Shown here: piece by piece, positions 33,931-47,541 of the stretch
How the letters are laid out: each line of letters begins with the position of its first letter
Position numbering within the stretch: position 1 is the stretch's first letter
NCBI GenBank assembly: GCA_951406725.2
Contig: OX597815.1
Location: forward strand, 161,076,001-161,140,000
Direction: 5' to 3'
DNA length: 64,000 bases
From: Octopus vulgaris
Lineage: Eukaryota
Translations under genes and position numbers: made by a program
Notes under the pieces: model-generated
Told to the model about the DNA's origin: nothing
Databases searched by the model: none
What the model saw: only the letters and a program-made list of their open reading frames with translations

Positions 33931-34509
33931 ACATTTCAACACTATATATAAAAACGGCTTTAACTATTTTATAACTAGATAATAGTTTTTAGTTCCCTTT
34001 GAGATTTGCAGAGCTTTGAACTATGATTTGAAAACCACTGCTTTGTGAATTGGAAGTGTACAACTAATGGCAACAACAAGCTTCAGGTGCAAAAATATGC
34101 TTAACACTCAAAGAAACACAGCTTCTTTTGTGAAATTTATTCAAATATCAAGAAAATTGGTTTAAAACTTAAATGGTCAATAAATTGTTATTAAATTCTT
34201 GGTTATTACTTATCTGGGAGTGCCAGGACACTGCTCATTCACTGTGGACTAATTACTACAACAACACACCCAAAAATAAAATGTTTTGTTTCTATATTAT
34301 CTTATCTCCTTGATATTTTCTCAATGTTTATAAATCTGTCCAAGCAACCACTACTTAAATCTTCTTGGTTTATTGAAACATGATATTGTATTACTAACTT
34401 ACTGCTGTTTTTCATGCATTAGGTAACATCATTTGCATTACAAGTTTAAGATAATGCAGTTCTCTTTTTAAACTACATTGGCCATTAATTCCAAGTCACA
34501 AATGCTTTT

Positions 34510-34720
34510 TCAATGTTTCAATGCACTTCTGCTGAGATTTCCTATCAGTATTTCTTGTAAATTCCTGTTGTACATCCAGCAGACTATGCCCAACTCATTC
34601 ATCTTCTGCTACATCTGATACCTCATATCCATGTTTCATTGCTATAAGATATAACACTTGTCTACATGCCTCATATATTCTGCATTGCATGCAGAAAAGG
34701 AAATTCTTTGTTGCTAGCTG
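34510..34720 (-). mobile_element. Highly degraded RTE ORF2 fragment
   Basis: Broken frames give RIYEAC..SNETW..IVCWMYN, resembling RLYDAC..GSETW..MVRWMC. Confidence 0.45.
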
Positions 34721-35156
34721 AAATAACATTTCTCTGAAGTTCTTTCCATGCATTTATATTTTAGCCACTATTCATTCATTAAAACTATCCCAGTATGGAA
34801 AGGCCCCAGAAAGTCAAAATTGTTGAACAGTGGAAAACCTTAATGATAAGTAAAACATTCATGTCAGGATTGGATAAAAATATATGGTCAGAGAAAGAAA
34901 TCATATACTATGTGCAAGTGCGGCTGTGTGGTAAGAAGCTTGCTTCCCTATCACATAATTCTGGGTTCAGCCCCACTGCGTGGATCCTTGGGCAAGTGTA
35001 TTCAGCTATAGCCACAGACCAAGAAAAGCCTTCACATAAAGCTATAAATAAAGACATATTGGGTTGCAAAACCTTCTGCATAGAAAAAGTGAAAGACTGC
35101 TTGCTATTTCTTATAGCTCAGTGTGCTTTGAGGTTCACCGTTCCAAAACAGAATAA

Positions 35157-35910
35157 TCTTTTATCTTTTACTTGCTGCAGTCATTTGACTGTGGCCATGC
35201 TGGGACACCACCTTGAAGTGTTTTAGTGAAACAAATTGATGCCAGGACTTATTTTGTGAAATGGTTAAGTTATGGGGACATAAGCACACCAGCACCAGCT
35301 ATCAAGCAGTGGTTGGGGACAAACACAGATACAAACACACACTCACACATTGATATCATCATTATTTAATGTTCATTTTCCATGCTGGCATGAATTGGAT
35401 GATTTGACAGGAGCTGACCAGACTCCAATTCTCTGTTGTGGCGTGGTTTCTGCAACAGGTTGCCCTTCCTAATGCCAACCACTTTGCAGAGTGTACTGGG
35501 TACTTTTTATGTGCCACTGGCATGGGTGTATTTATGCAGCACCAACATGAGTGCATTTTATGTGGCACCAGTACCCATAAAGGATAAACCTGTATGTGTA
35601 GAAGATAGTGATTTTACTTAGCTTGATATATTTTTTCAAGTACAGTAAACACTGGTCCCTTGTCATCTCAGTGAGGCCCAGCATCTGAATATCCTTTCTC
35701 AACACTTCGTCCCATGTCTTCTTGGGTCTACCACTTTCACAAGTTCTTTCCACAGACTTCTTTCAGTTTCCATCTACCAAATCCACTTACAAAGCTTTGG
35801 TTGGCCTGAGACTATACTAGAAGACTCTTGCCAAAGGTACCACACAGTAGGACTGGACCCAGAACCATGTGGTTAGGAAGCGAGCTTCTTATCATACAGC
35901 CATGCTTGCA
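35157..35910 (-). mobile_element. Family A SINE with an RTE/family C insertion (35356-35755) in its microsatellite
   Basis: Insert encodes GRPKKTWDEVLRKDIQMLGLTEMTRD on the minus strand and ends in a C tail. Confidence 0.8.
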
Positions 35911-36474
35911 CCAAATAATCTTATTATTAAAAATATACTACCACATCTCCAATGCCTTAATTCAAATACAATCTGCATCTTTTGTAATCTATTTCTTTGT
36001 CCAGAGATGTCACTCTATTGCCAAAGATCAGGCCTATTCTATATTGCATTCTATATTTAATTAATAGTTATTTCAGAGTTGTGATTTTTTTTTTTCTCAT
36101 CCATATGGGTGTAATTTTAATTAGCAATTTTTGACTCACTGCACCAAATATGTTTAGTATCTGTTTCACTACTACTACTACTACTACTACTCTATTTACT
36201 ATTATGGTGATGGCTTGATCTATTGATCTATTTACTTAATGCTCCAGTAATTTCCTTTCTTTAGAGTATCTCTTTTACGTTTAACAATGTTGCTAGTAAT
36301 TTGAGGATAACACTTTGTTGCACAACTTAACTAAGTTAAGTGGAAAATTAACCCATTCTGCTTTTTGTTTGTTTTTTGTTTTTTTATCCTTTTATTGACT
36401 ACCTCAGATAAAGCTACGATTTTCTTTATGTTCATATCCTTGATTGCTTTACTCACTCTTATCTGGTTTTATTA

Positions 36475-37437
36475 ATGACAGTATCATTAGAATGTCAGAC
36501 AAAATGTTTTGCAGTATTTAGTTGCAAATTTTATGTTCTGAGTTCATATCCTGCCAAGTTAAAGTTTGCTTTTCAAGGCAGTGAGCTGGCAGAAACGTTA
36601 GTATGCCAGACGAAATACTTAACGGCATTTCGTCTGCCATTTTCCGCCAAGGTTGAATTTGCCTTTCATCTTTTCGAAGTCGATAAATTGAGTACCAGTT
36701 ATGCACTGGGGTCGATGTAATCGACTTAATCCTTTTGTCTGTCCTTGTTTGTTCGCTCTGTGTTTAGCCCCATGTGGGTAGTAAAGAAATAGGTATTTCG
36801 TCTGCCGTTACATTCTGAGTTCAAATTCCGCCGAGGTTGACTTTGCCTTTCATCCTTTTGAAGTCGATAAATTGAGTACCAGTTATGCACTGAGGTCGAT
36901 GTAATCGACTTAATCCCTTGTTTGTCCCCTCTATGTTTAGCACCCATGTGAGCAATAAAGAAATAAGTTCAAGTTTGCCTTTCATTCTTATCATCATCAT
37001 CATCATCATCATCGTCATCATTTAACATCCATAAAGGCCCAGAGACTGCATCATACTTCATTGATATAAAAATAGCAGTCAATATTAGCTTTAGGGTAAT
37101 GGTGGTGAGCTGGCAGAATCATTAGCATGATGGGCAAAATACTTAACAGCATTTTGATTGATTTTACATTCTGAGTTCAAATTCTGATGGGGTCAACTTT
37201 ACCTTTATTCCTTTCATGGTCGATTAAAAAAGGTACCTGCTGAGCACTGGAGTTAATGTACTCCACGAAACTTGCTGGCCTTGTGCCAACATTTTAAACC
37301 AATATTAGCTCTAGGGTAATAGGTAATAGTGGTGAGCTGGTAGAATTGTTAGCATGATGGGCAAAAGGCTTAATGGCATTTCGTTTGTCTTTACGTTGAG
37401 TTCAAATTTCGCTGAGGTCAACTTCGCCTTTCGTCCT
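36475..37437 (+). mobile_element. Cluster of family B SINEs (dimer 36577-36968; monomers at about 37098-37305 and 37328-37437)
   Basis: Repeated B heads and cores. Confidence 0.85.
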
Positions 37438-37640
37438 TTGAGGACTTTCTGTGACTCAGTCTGGATCTCAAAAACAGTGCTAAAATGGCGATCTTTGAGC
37501 TGCATTTTCATCTTGGAGAAGAGATGGAAGTTTGAAGATGCTAAATCTGGTGAACTGGGTGGGTGCAGAAGCGATACCATGTTGTTTTTGGTGAGAAACT
37601 CATGTGTGAGGAAAGCTCGGTGACAGGGTGTGTTATTGGA
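37438..37640 (-). pseudogene. Mariner transposase catalytic-domain fragment
   Basis: NNTPCH..EFLTKNNMVSLLHPPSSPDLASSNFHLFSKMK..LKDRHF matches the mariner DNAPxH..HPPYSPDLAPxDF.LF motif, with decayed catalytic residues. Confidence 0.85.
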
Positions 37641-37669
37641 TTCCAAAAGTGGCAGGAACACCAGAACTA

Positions 37670-37782
37670 GTACATTACTGTGCAAAGTGACTATTTCAAA
37701 GGAGATAATGCTAAAATTTTGGTAAATAAGTTATTTTTTATTAAACATAACTGGTCCAGGAACCTTGTGGTATCACCTCCTA
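37670..37782 (+). mobile_element. Mariner 3' end (C-terminal codons and TIR-like end) in the opposite orientation
   Basis: ITVQSDYFKGDN resembles the CI...GDYFEGD end; followed by GTCCAGGAACCTTGTGGTATCACCTCC-TA. Confidence 0.6.
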
Positions 37783-38174
37783 GATATACACACACACGCA
37801 CGCATGCACGCACGTGCACACACATACACATAATTAAATACCTTATAATTGGCTTGAAGATTGAAATATTCTGGTAATTAAGTGTCTTTAAATGCCCCTT
37901 GCACCCTGCATAAATGTTCCCCCTTCTGATACTAAAAATAATTCTAATTACTTTTGACAAATGTAAAGAAATTGTTTTTGAATACAACAGATAATCTCAC
38001 GTTTAACTACTATTACCAATATCAATCTAGTGGTTTCAGAACTAATTAAAAGCATGAATTAACGTCCTGTTAAAGGTCACTCTCCATCCTACACTAATTT
38101 GATGCTGATGCATTTTCTATCAATTGTAATCTGGAAATTTCAAAATAATTATCTCTTAATTGCAGTCCTTAAAT

Positions 38175-39445
38175 AGGTACTGGTGTGGCTCTGTGGTAAG
38201 AAGCTTGCTTCCCAAGTGCAGGGCTCTGGGTTCAGTCCCACTGCTTAGCATCTTGGGTAAGTGACTTCTACTATAGTCCCAGGCTGACCAAAGCCTTGTG
38301 AATGTATTTGGTTGACAGAAACTGAAAGTAGCCTTTTGTACATGTTTGTGTGTGTATTTGTGTGAGACAGAGTGTGTGCATATGTGTGTGTGTCTTAGCA
38401 TCTGTATCTGTCCCCCAACCATTGCTTCACAACCAGTACTTGTGTGTTTGTGTCCCTGTAACTTGGCAGTTTCTCAAAAGGGTCCGATAAAATAAGTACC
38501 AGGTTTTTAAAAGGAAAAGTATAAGAACTGAGATCGATTCTTGATTGGGGTGCCCCAGTATGACCACAGTCCAATGACTAAAACAAGTAAAAGATAAAAG
38601 ATAAGTACTGAAATTACAGAATCATAGGTGCAGGCATGGGTGTGTGGTAAGAAGCTTGCTTCTCAATCACGTGGTTCTGGGTTCAGTCCCATTGCATGGC
38701 ACCGTGGGCAAGTATCTCAGGTCAAACAAGGCCTTGGGAGTAGATTTGGTAGACGGAAACTGAAAGAAGCCTATCATATATATTGTATCTATATATGTGT
38801 GTGTGTGTGCGTCTGTGTGAGTGTGTCTTTGTGTCTGTGTTTCTCCCTCCTACCACCACTACTTGACAACCAGTGCTGGTGTGTTTACATCCCATAACTT
38901 AGCTGTATCAGGCTTTAAAAGTATCAGGCTTTAAAAAAATCATAAGAGCTGGTGTCAATTCATTTGATTAAAATTCTTCAAGGCAATGCCCCAGCATGGC
39001 CCAGTCTAATGACTGAAACAAGTAAAAGATAAAAGACACAGTTTTTTGTCCAGGAAATCTCTTTACTTGTTTTCTATATTTTATCTTTTATATTTTATTT
39101 GTTTGAGTTATTGGACTCTGGCCTTGCTGGGGCACCACATTGAAGGGCTTAGCCAAACAAATCAACCCCAGTGCTAATTATCTTTAAAGTTCTAGTACTC
39201 ACTCTATTAGTCTCTTTTGCCAAACTGTTGAGTTACAGGGACATCAACTAACACTTGTTGTCAATAGGTGGGGTGGGAACGCCCCCCCCCACACACACAC
39301 ACATATGTATTCAAGTTTTCACACAGTTCTCTGTCTACCAAATTCATTTGCATGGTATTGGTTGATCCAGGGTTATTATAGAGGACACTTGCCCAAGGTT
39401 CCACACGGTAGGATTGAACCCACACCCACTTAGTTGTAAAGATAA
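38175..39445. mobile_element. Three family A SINEs: + 38175-38600, + 38626-39035, - 39095-39445
   Basis: Each matches the consensus. Confidence 0.85.
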
Positions 39446-39929
39446 AAGAATCAAACATAATCTCAACAAAATATTACAGAAATATCTTTACTTGTCATCT
39501 AGTGAATATTATTTATGTGTCGTTTGTTGCTCAGTAAGTAGACACCTTGGTATTATTTATGTCTGTAAGGTGATTACTGTGAAATGTAACGACTTGTTAT
39601 TTTGACAGAACAACATATAAATAAATGGAAAGGTATTTCTGACTGCAAGTTTCTATCTACTACAATGCATAACCTTTAGAGTGTGAATAAGATTCATTCA
39701 GACTTGACAAGATTGAAGCCACGAAAAGATTCATGAATAAGATATAAGATTAATGAGTCAGATTCTCTTCTTCGTTAATTATTATCTTTGAGAACTTTTA
39801 TATGTTGGTGACCTTACTCACATGGCAGGATTTATCAGAAAGTTGTAAGAAAAATACTTCAGATGTGTTACATGTACAGGAATAATTAACAATAGAATGA
39901 AGTCCATAAACTTCACAGATGGTTCATTA

Positions 39930-40140
39930 CACATAGTTCAGAGTTTCTGTTACCTCAATGATCTAATTAGTGTGTTGGTTTGCTACTGTGAAAGCGTAGA
40001 GGCTAAAATACGAAAAGGTTGAAAGGAGTTCAAGGAACTGTTGCTTCTATTGGAAACTAAGTCTTTTACTTTGTGTCAAGGACAGATTGTATGAAATATG
40101 TTTAAGAAGTGGAATGTTGTGTGATAATGAAACAGAAAGT
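39930..40140 (+). mobile_element. RTE LINE reverse-transcriptase C-terminal fossil
   Basis: IVQSFCYLNDLIS..CESVEAKIRKG*KEFKELLLLLETK..DRLYEICLRS matches F.YLGD.IS..ARIR.GW.KFRELLP.L..RLY. Confidence 0.75.
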
Positions 40141-40164
40141 CATACTCACAAGCTAACACATACA

Positions 40165-40390
40165 CCTTCATGGCTCTCCCACTCTTGACCCAATGAATGT
40201 TCAAGGATGTGACAGCTGGATGGAGAGAACTCTACCAGCATTTGGCTGGTGTTCATTTTCAGTTGTGTAGACTAGAGTAACATAAAATTGAGTGCCTTGC
40301 TCAAGGACACAGTGTACCATCAACTTAAGTAATTGAACCTGCAACCTTATGGTTGTGAGTTCAGCACCCCACAACTTGGCCATGTAACTA
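40165..40390 (-). mobile_element. Family D-head SINE with a further tail type
   Basis: Head and TGTGTCCTTGAGCAAGGCACT core on the minus strand. Confidence 0.6.
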
Positions 40391-40744
40391 CACTTGATGA
40401 GACATAGACATTGAATATGTAAGATTGGCAGACTCAAGAGAGAAGGGAGTCGAGTATGACATGTTGAATGTGTAATGATGCAATTGAAGGAGAGCGATAA
40501 GATATTAAAGACATCATGGGAGACAACTTTGGTAGTATGAATGCATGATGGGAATGGACAATAAGCAATGAATACAAAAATGGAAGGTGTCATTAGTAAA
40601 AAATAACTGTTTCATGAAACAGCTTACCAAATGAGATAATGCAAGATCAAAATCAGTTGTGATATTCTCTAAGATAAATCCATATAATCTACCTAAAAGA
40701 AGGAACCGTTGAAGTAGCCTCATAAATGAGATGATGAAAAATTG

Positions 40745-41128
40745 GACAGGCAGGGCTGTGTGGTAAGAAGATTGCTTCCTAACTACATGGTTCCAGGTTC
40801 AGTTAAACTGCATCACATCTTGAACAAGTGTCTTCAACTGTAACTCTGGACTCACTAAATCCTTGTGTGTGGATTTGGCAGACAGAAATTGGAGCCCATC
40901 ATACATGTATGTGTGTACATGTGTATGCATTTGTCAGCGACCATCACATGACAACTGTTGTTAGTTTGTTCACATCTCCGTAACTTAGCAGTTTAGCAAG
41001 AAGTGATCGATAGGCTAAACACTAAGCTTAAACAACAAAAATTTAGTTAATTAATACTGAGGCCATTTTGTTTGACTAAACACTTTAAGGTAGTGCCTCA
41101 ACATGGCTGAAACAAGTAAAAGATAAAA
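40745..41128 (+). mobile_element. Family A SINE (older)
   Basis: Matches the consensus. Confidence 0.8.
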
Positions 41129-41594
41129 ACTTCTTTCTATGGTAGACTCCTCTAATCCATAACAGCACAGATAAACTCTCATTAAAACAGTAATATATAT
41201 AACAACAAAAATGATGCTGACCTACCATTAGTTGTATCCGTATTTCAATCAACTATGTACTACATTTTATCCTCTCAAATTTACACTCTGTGCACTGCTA
41301 ATGGCAGCTTTAGACAGAAGTGCTATCTTTTCTCAGCAGAGATCTCCTGACTTTGTTCTTTTTCATTGTTAGCTTCAATGCTCAACTTTTATAATTAAAA
41401 CAAAACATGAAACATACAAATTTCATACTTCAGTTATAATAGAACCAATATATCAGTAAACTATATAGCTTTATTAATCTAATCACTTCTGAACTAGAAA
41501 CAATAGGAACCAAATAGATATTGGATAATAAAAGGAAGCTGTCTTTTTTTATGAATTCAATAGTTGTAAGTGGGGTTATAGATCCTGGCATGGT

Positions 41595-42060
41595 TACAGG
41601 AGCAAATATGACTGTGTGGTTAAGAAAGTTACTTCTCAAATGTGTGCTTTTGGGTTCAGTCCCACTGCATGGCCTTGGTAGCTGAGCAAAGCCCTATGAA
41701 TGGATTCGATAGAGAGAAGCTGGAAGAAGACCATTGTGTGCACACGCACGCACATACACACACACACACACACATGAATGTATGTGTGTGTGTGTGTATT
41801 CTTGTTTTGACTTCATGTGATGGTTACAAATGAGCATCATTGTTATGCAAACAATGTTGTTCATTTCTAGTCTTCTGTAATAGAAATGTCTGGCTATCGA
41901 GAACTGTTACCTTACTCAGAAACAGGTGAGAATTAATACCAGGACGGGCACTAGACATTAGAAAATCTGCCTCAACAAAATACTGTCTGATGCATGCATG
42001 CATTGAAAAGTAAATGTTAACAACAAATGATGATCAACAAATGTTAACAACAAATGATAA
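41595..42060 (+). mobile_element. Chimeric SINE: family A head plus C-like (GAT)n tail
   Basis: A head to about 41740, microsatellite, then GAAACAGGTGAG..GAAAATCTGCCTCAAC..ATGATGAT. Confidence 0.65.
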
Positions 42061-42452
42061 CATATGATGATCTGTTGCTTACCATATAGCAACAATTATT
42101 TTTTATCAAGCTAATAAAAGCTGATGATGCTTGTATCCAATTTCTGTTTCTTTAGCCTCATTGGGATTAATTCTGACCATTTGTTCTTTAACATCAGCTT
42201 GATCCCGATCCAGCAAACCTATCGTTATGATATTCAGTTCTTTTCTTAGACATCTGAGTGTGTCTATGACTACATTGTCCGATATGTTTTCTCTTTTCAA
42301 AGTTGTAGGGTTACACTCTACAAAGAGATTTGACTGCAACTGTCAGGCAAGTTGAGAAACCACATAGTGGTTCCCTTGTCAGTTTGTGAAGTTCATTTTA
42401 CTATTACTAGATCGCATACTAGGCTAACTGTGAACTGATTACTTTTCATTTC

Positions 42453-42689
42453 TTATTTCTTTATTGCCCACAAGGGGCTACACAAAGAGGGGACAAACAA
42501 GGACAGACAAACAGATTAAGTCGATTATATCGACCCCAGTGTGTAACTGGTACTTATTTAATCGACCCCGAAAGGATGAAAGGCAAAGTTGACCTCGGTG
42601 GAATTTGAACTCAGGACGTAACGGCAGATGAAATACTGCTAAGAATTTTGCACGGTGTGCTAATGTTTCTGCCAGCTCGCCGCCTTTAC
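42453..42689 (-). mobile_element. Family B SINE with a perfect 15-nt TSD
   Basis: ATTACTTTTCATTTC at 42438-42452 and 42690-42704. Confidence 0.9.
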
Positions 42690-42706
42690 ATTACTTTTCA
42701 TTTCTC

Positions 42707-42759
<53 letters not shown>

Positions 42760-43101
42760 TGCACACACACACATTAACGAAGAAGTAGCAATAGTGGAGC
42801 TAAAATCTACATGCAGTTAATTTGATGAGTTAAATTGATCCCAGAGAACATTCATAACGCGAAAACTCATAAACAGAAAATAAAAACTTGTAAAAATTCG
42901 TAAACTTTGGGTCTTGCAAAGCAGATCCTCATAAAGTGAAGTATTACTGCATTTTCCAGAAATATTTCTTTTCCCCTTGCAAGAACTTAAATAGGTTTCT
43001 CATATAATTTTCTGTTAAGTTACATTGATGTAAATAAACTAATACTGGTTGTCAAATGGTGGTGAAGGGGTGTACACAAACTGAAAGACACACTCACACA
43101 G

Positions 43102-43141
<40 letters not shown>

Positions 43142-43192
43142 TATATATATGTACGTATGTATGTATATATATATGTGTGTGTGTATATATAC

Positions 43193-43245
<53 letters not shown>

Positions 43246-43309
43246 GTATAGAACTGTTTCTACTTTGCAGATTTTCACCTATCACAGGGGATTTTGGAAC
43301 ACAACAAAC

Positions 43310-43770
43310 CACCACTAGGTGAGTCAGCTTTGAGTGAGCAGACCTTTGATCAAAGTCATTCCAAGTATCATAAGACTGATTTTATTAAATTATTAGAATC
43401 AACAAACTGGCAGAATCATTAGCACATTGGACTAAATGTTTAGTGATATTGCTTCTGAATCCCTATGTTCTAAGTTCAAAAATCCACTGATGTCAATTTT
43501 GCCTTTCCTCCTTTAAGGGTCCCTAAAATAAGTACCATTCTTGCACTGGAGTTGTAATAAACTTGCTTCCCACCTTTCAAAATTGCTGGCCTTGTGCTAA
43601 AATTAGGAAAAATTATTTCATTGTTTTTATTTTGCTATTTTGTTGTATGATAGAGACTAAATTGTCTTCTTTGTCCTTTCTTCTCCAAGACTGTAGGATA
43701 TAATTTGAGGGAAATTTAACTGCTATTTCTCATAAGTCAAACAACTGTGTCGAAGCTCCTTCATTAGTTT
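43310..43770 (-). mobile_element. Family H repeat interrupted by a + strand family B SINE (about 43400-43615)
   Basis: GAGCAGACCTTTGATCAAAG and TTTGAGGGAAATTTAACTGCTATTTCT halves flank the B copy. Confidence 0.6.
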
Positions 43771-44819
43771 AGATAAATGATAGAACAAAATCTCCCTGAA
43801 TAAAGAATCGAACGAAGAGGAATAAATCAGGAATGTGTCCCAAATGCCTAGATATATGATTCAGTTAACTTATTTTTCTTTATGTACCTGAAGAATGGTG
43901 AGCAAAATATTTTAAACCAGTTATTTTTTTGACATCATAAACATTTATAAACTTTGAGAGAACATGAAATAATTCCTTTTTGGAACGGTGAATCTCAAAG
44001 CAGATAAATCTATAAAAAATGGCTTTGGGAAATTTGAAGGATTGCTTTAATCCAATAGAACAATGCCTCTCTTGTTTAGAGATGTGTGTTTGAGTCACAC
44101 AGGCAGCCTTCGAGTTTCTTACTTTCCAAAGGGCTTTTAACCCAAAATTTTCATGCTTGTTATTGATGGCATTTTCTGTTTTGTGACCCACCATTCTGCC
44201 TTGTGATTCACCAAGAAGAAAATCATTTATACTTACCCCACTTTTGATAATTTATTTAGCTATTACATGGTGTCAGCCTGCATTTTAGACATAACTGGTA
44301 ATTAATATTCTCAAAGAATTCTGTTTTGAATTTGTCATACTCTTTATACTTTATTTTGCCTTCAGAGCAGATAGTTATATACTCTAGTGCACTTGGTTAT
44401 AAACATTATATGCCATCATGAATAATTTAATTTTCTATCTTCATTTAACTCTTATTATATGTATAGAAATGCAACTGCGAGTGCTTGCAATAACTAATTA
44501 CCAAAATTACCAATAAATGGAAATAAAGTGCTTTATTATTGGCTCAATATTATTTGAGGATAAATAATTAAAAAGGCAAGTATCATTTATCAGGAAATTA
44601 TGAAGACATAAAGCAGTAATAGTAACTCAGATGAGGGCATTAAAACAGTTTTATGGCAGATTATGAGGAATTTTTATTGATGTTAATGTATATTGTTTAA
44701 ATGATAAAATCATAATGCTGAAGAAAGAGAATCATAATTTATTTTAGTTGGATTAAAGTTTTCACTTCTTTTAAAACCATAAACACAAACTTAGAAAAAT
44801 TGGATTAATCTGAAGACCA

Positions 44820-45710
44820 AGGGCAGTAGATTGGCAGAATTCGTAGAGCATTTAAGGCGGTGAGCTAGCAGAAACATTAGCACGCCGGGCCAAATGCTTA
44901 GCTGTATTTCGTCTGCCATTATGTTCTAAGTTCAAATTCCGCCGAGGTCAAATTTGCCTTTCATCCCTTTCAGGGTCGATAAATTAACTACCAGTTACGC
45001 ACTGGGGTCGATATAATCGACTTAATCCATCTGTCTGTCCTTGTTTGTCTCCTCTGTGTTTAGCCCCTTGTGGGTAGTAAAGAAATAGGTATTTCGTCGG
45101 CTGTTATGTTCTGAGTTCAAATTCCATCGAGGTCGACTTTGCCTTTCATCCCTTTCAGAGTCGATAAATTGAGTACCAGTTATGCACTGGGGTCGATGTA
45201 ATCGACTTAATCCCTTTGTTTGTCTGTCCTTGTTTGTCCCCTCTATGTTTAGCCCCTTGTGGGCAATAAAGAAATAAGAATTGGGAGTGCATCAGGCAAA
45301 ATGCCACATGGATTTCCTTCCAGTTCTTTATATTTTTTGCCTTCCTTTCTTTTAGAGTTGCCAAAATAAAGTAACATTCAAGTACTGGGGTCAATTAAAG
45401 TTAAAGTGTCCTTCTTGAATCATACTGATTCATAAGGACTGGATTCCTTATGTCTATTTCACACCTGGATGGAATACCGGCCCATCACAGAATTACTTAT
45501 TTTTACCAGCTGAGTGGACTGGAGCAACATGAAATGAAGTGTTTTGCTCAAGAACACAATGCATTGCCTGGTCCAGGAATCGAAACCACAACCTTACGAT
45601 CATGAGTCCAACACCTTAACCACTAAGCCATGTGACTCCACACTGGGGTCAGTGTAATTGACTAACCTCTCTTCTCAAAATTGCTGGCCTTGTGCCAAAA
45701 TTAAAAATTA
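44820..45710 (+). mobile_element. Nested cluster: young B dimer (44855-45279) and a minus D/G SINE (45405-45642) inside an older B copy
   Basis: Older B homology resumes after each insert. Confidence 0.8.
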
Positions 45711-46074
45711 TTTGAAGACCTAATATTGATATTTTATCAAAAATATTCTGTGAATTTCATATTAATTGCTGAAGGAATTCTTTCCAATCAAATATGTGTT
45801 AGAAAAATGACAGGGCAAAATTATTCTAAGATAGCTAGTGCAAAGAAAAATATTAATAGTAAAGTGGGTGCTAAAATACTCTGTATAGAAAACCAAGAAA
45901 TTTTTAATATTTAAACAAAATTACATCTTGAGTGATGAAAACAGTCATTAACTAATTTACTAATTCTGATCAAAAAGTAAAACTCAAGGGATACAACTGC
46001 TGAATTTTAAATTAATTAAAATTAATTAAATTTGAAATAGAGTGAAAGAAATCTTTCAGTATATCTTTTTTTTT

Positions 46075-46278
46075 TTGTTGCCATATTACAGTTGAAATTC
46101 ATTTAACTTTGAAAATAAAGAAGAAATTAGTAAAATAATTTTGTTGTTATTAAGCTAGAGTTTGCAACATGAACTAATATGAAATTTTGATGGAGGGTTA
46201 ATTTAGATCATTTAAAAATAGGAAGTATGCCTCATAGTATTAGGTATGGCTTCAGATGGGTTGGTATTGAAAGGGATA
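46075..46278 (-). mobile_element. TTAA-type MITE copy (same family as 48959 and 54578)
   Basis: Reverse-complement similarity to 54578-54788. Confidence 0.6.
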
Positions 46279-46394
46279 TGGTGACAGCTCTGGACATGTT
46301 TTGCTCTCATATTAAACCTTATCAGTAAGACAGACTAACTTTTACTACTAGATCTTAGAATAAGTAAAAAAATATGTAGGATCTGAGGAATACA

Positions 46395-46590
46395 TTGGTT
46401 TCAAATTTTGGCACAAGGGCAACGGTTTCGGGGAAGGGGACAATCAGTTACATCAATCCCAGTGCTTAACTGGTACTTATTTTATCGACCCCAAAAGGAT
46501 GAAAAGAATTTGAACTCAGAAAGTAAAGACAGATGAAATGTCACTAAGTATTTTGCCTGACATGTTGGTGATTCTGCCAGCTCACCACTT
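46395..46590 (-). mobile_element. Family B SINE
   Basis: Matches the consensus. Confidence 0.8.
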
Positions 46591-47427
46591 TATATTCAGA
46601 AGAATAATTTATAATATATATTATAACATAGCAAGTGTTATTTTGATTTGAAAGAATAATAACTGGAAAGAATTACTCAGAGACATCTTCTGCATGAAAA
46701 GCTAATAGTAAAGTAATTCTTGCATACTTGATATAACAGCTTCCATAACATTCTGCAAAATTTAAGTTTGGTTCCTCTCAGTTACATTTTGCAAGTCAAA
46801 GAGCAAAAAAGGCAACTGCAGTTTGATTTATAAAACCAGGGAACTAGTATTTATAGCTAACCATAGTGAGTTTATCAATAAAATAAAAAGACCTTTTACA
46901 CTTCAGGCCAGTTGTTTTATGGGAGAAAATGAATAAATCTTTCCAGTTCCTATTATTAATCATAGTTCTTTGGTTGTCTTGATGTTTAAGATCATGTTAT
47001 TCCCAGTATGCCCCATCACAAATATATCACTTCTCTATTGGTTGCTTTTATCTCTATTGGTGCTCACTTGAGTACTAGCTGCCATTCTTAGAGTGTTACT
47101 GAAGTAAATAACGTAAATACCACAACCATGACCACTGCAATGCACTTTGGCAAGTGTCTTCTATTATCACCCTGGGCCAAATTCATTACAATCCCTTTCA
47201 AGTGAATTTATTGAGACAGAAACTGTATTAAGCCCATTATGTGCATGTATGTACACGTTTTTGCTCCTGTATTTCCATGATACACTCTATTCTAGCACTT
47301 CTGCAGTTGTTTCCCAATTTATTCTTTCTTTCTATGATATATACATATACATCCATACATATGTATATATATATATACATACATACATATGTATGTATAT
47401 ATATATACACATACATACATACATACA

Positions 47428-47507
47428 CAGGGTGGCTCAAAAGTCACAAAGGTGTTAATAATTCATTTATGCTGTTTTAAATTTATAATAATTTAGCACC
47501 ACATACA

Positions 47508-47541
<34 letters not shown>

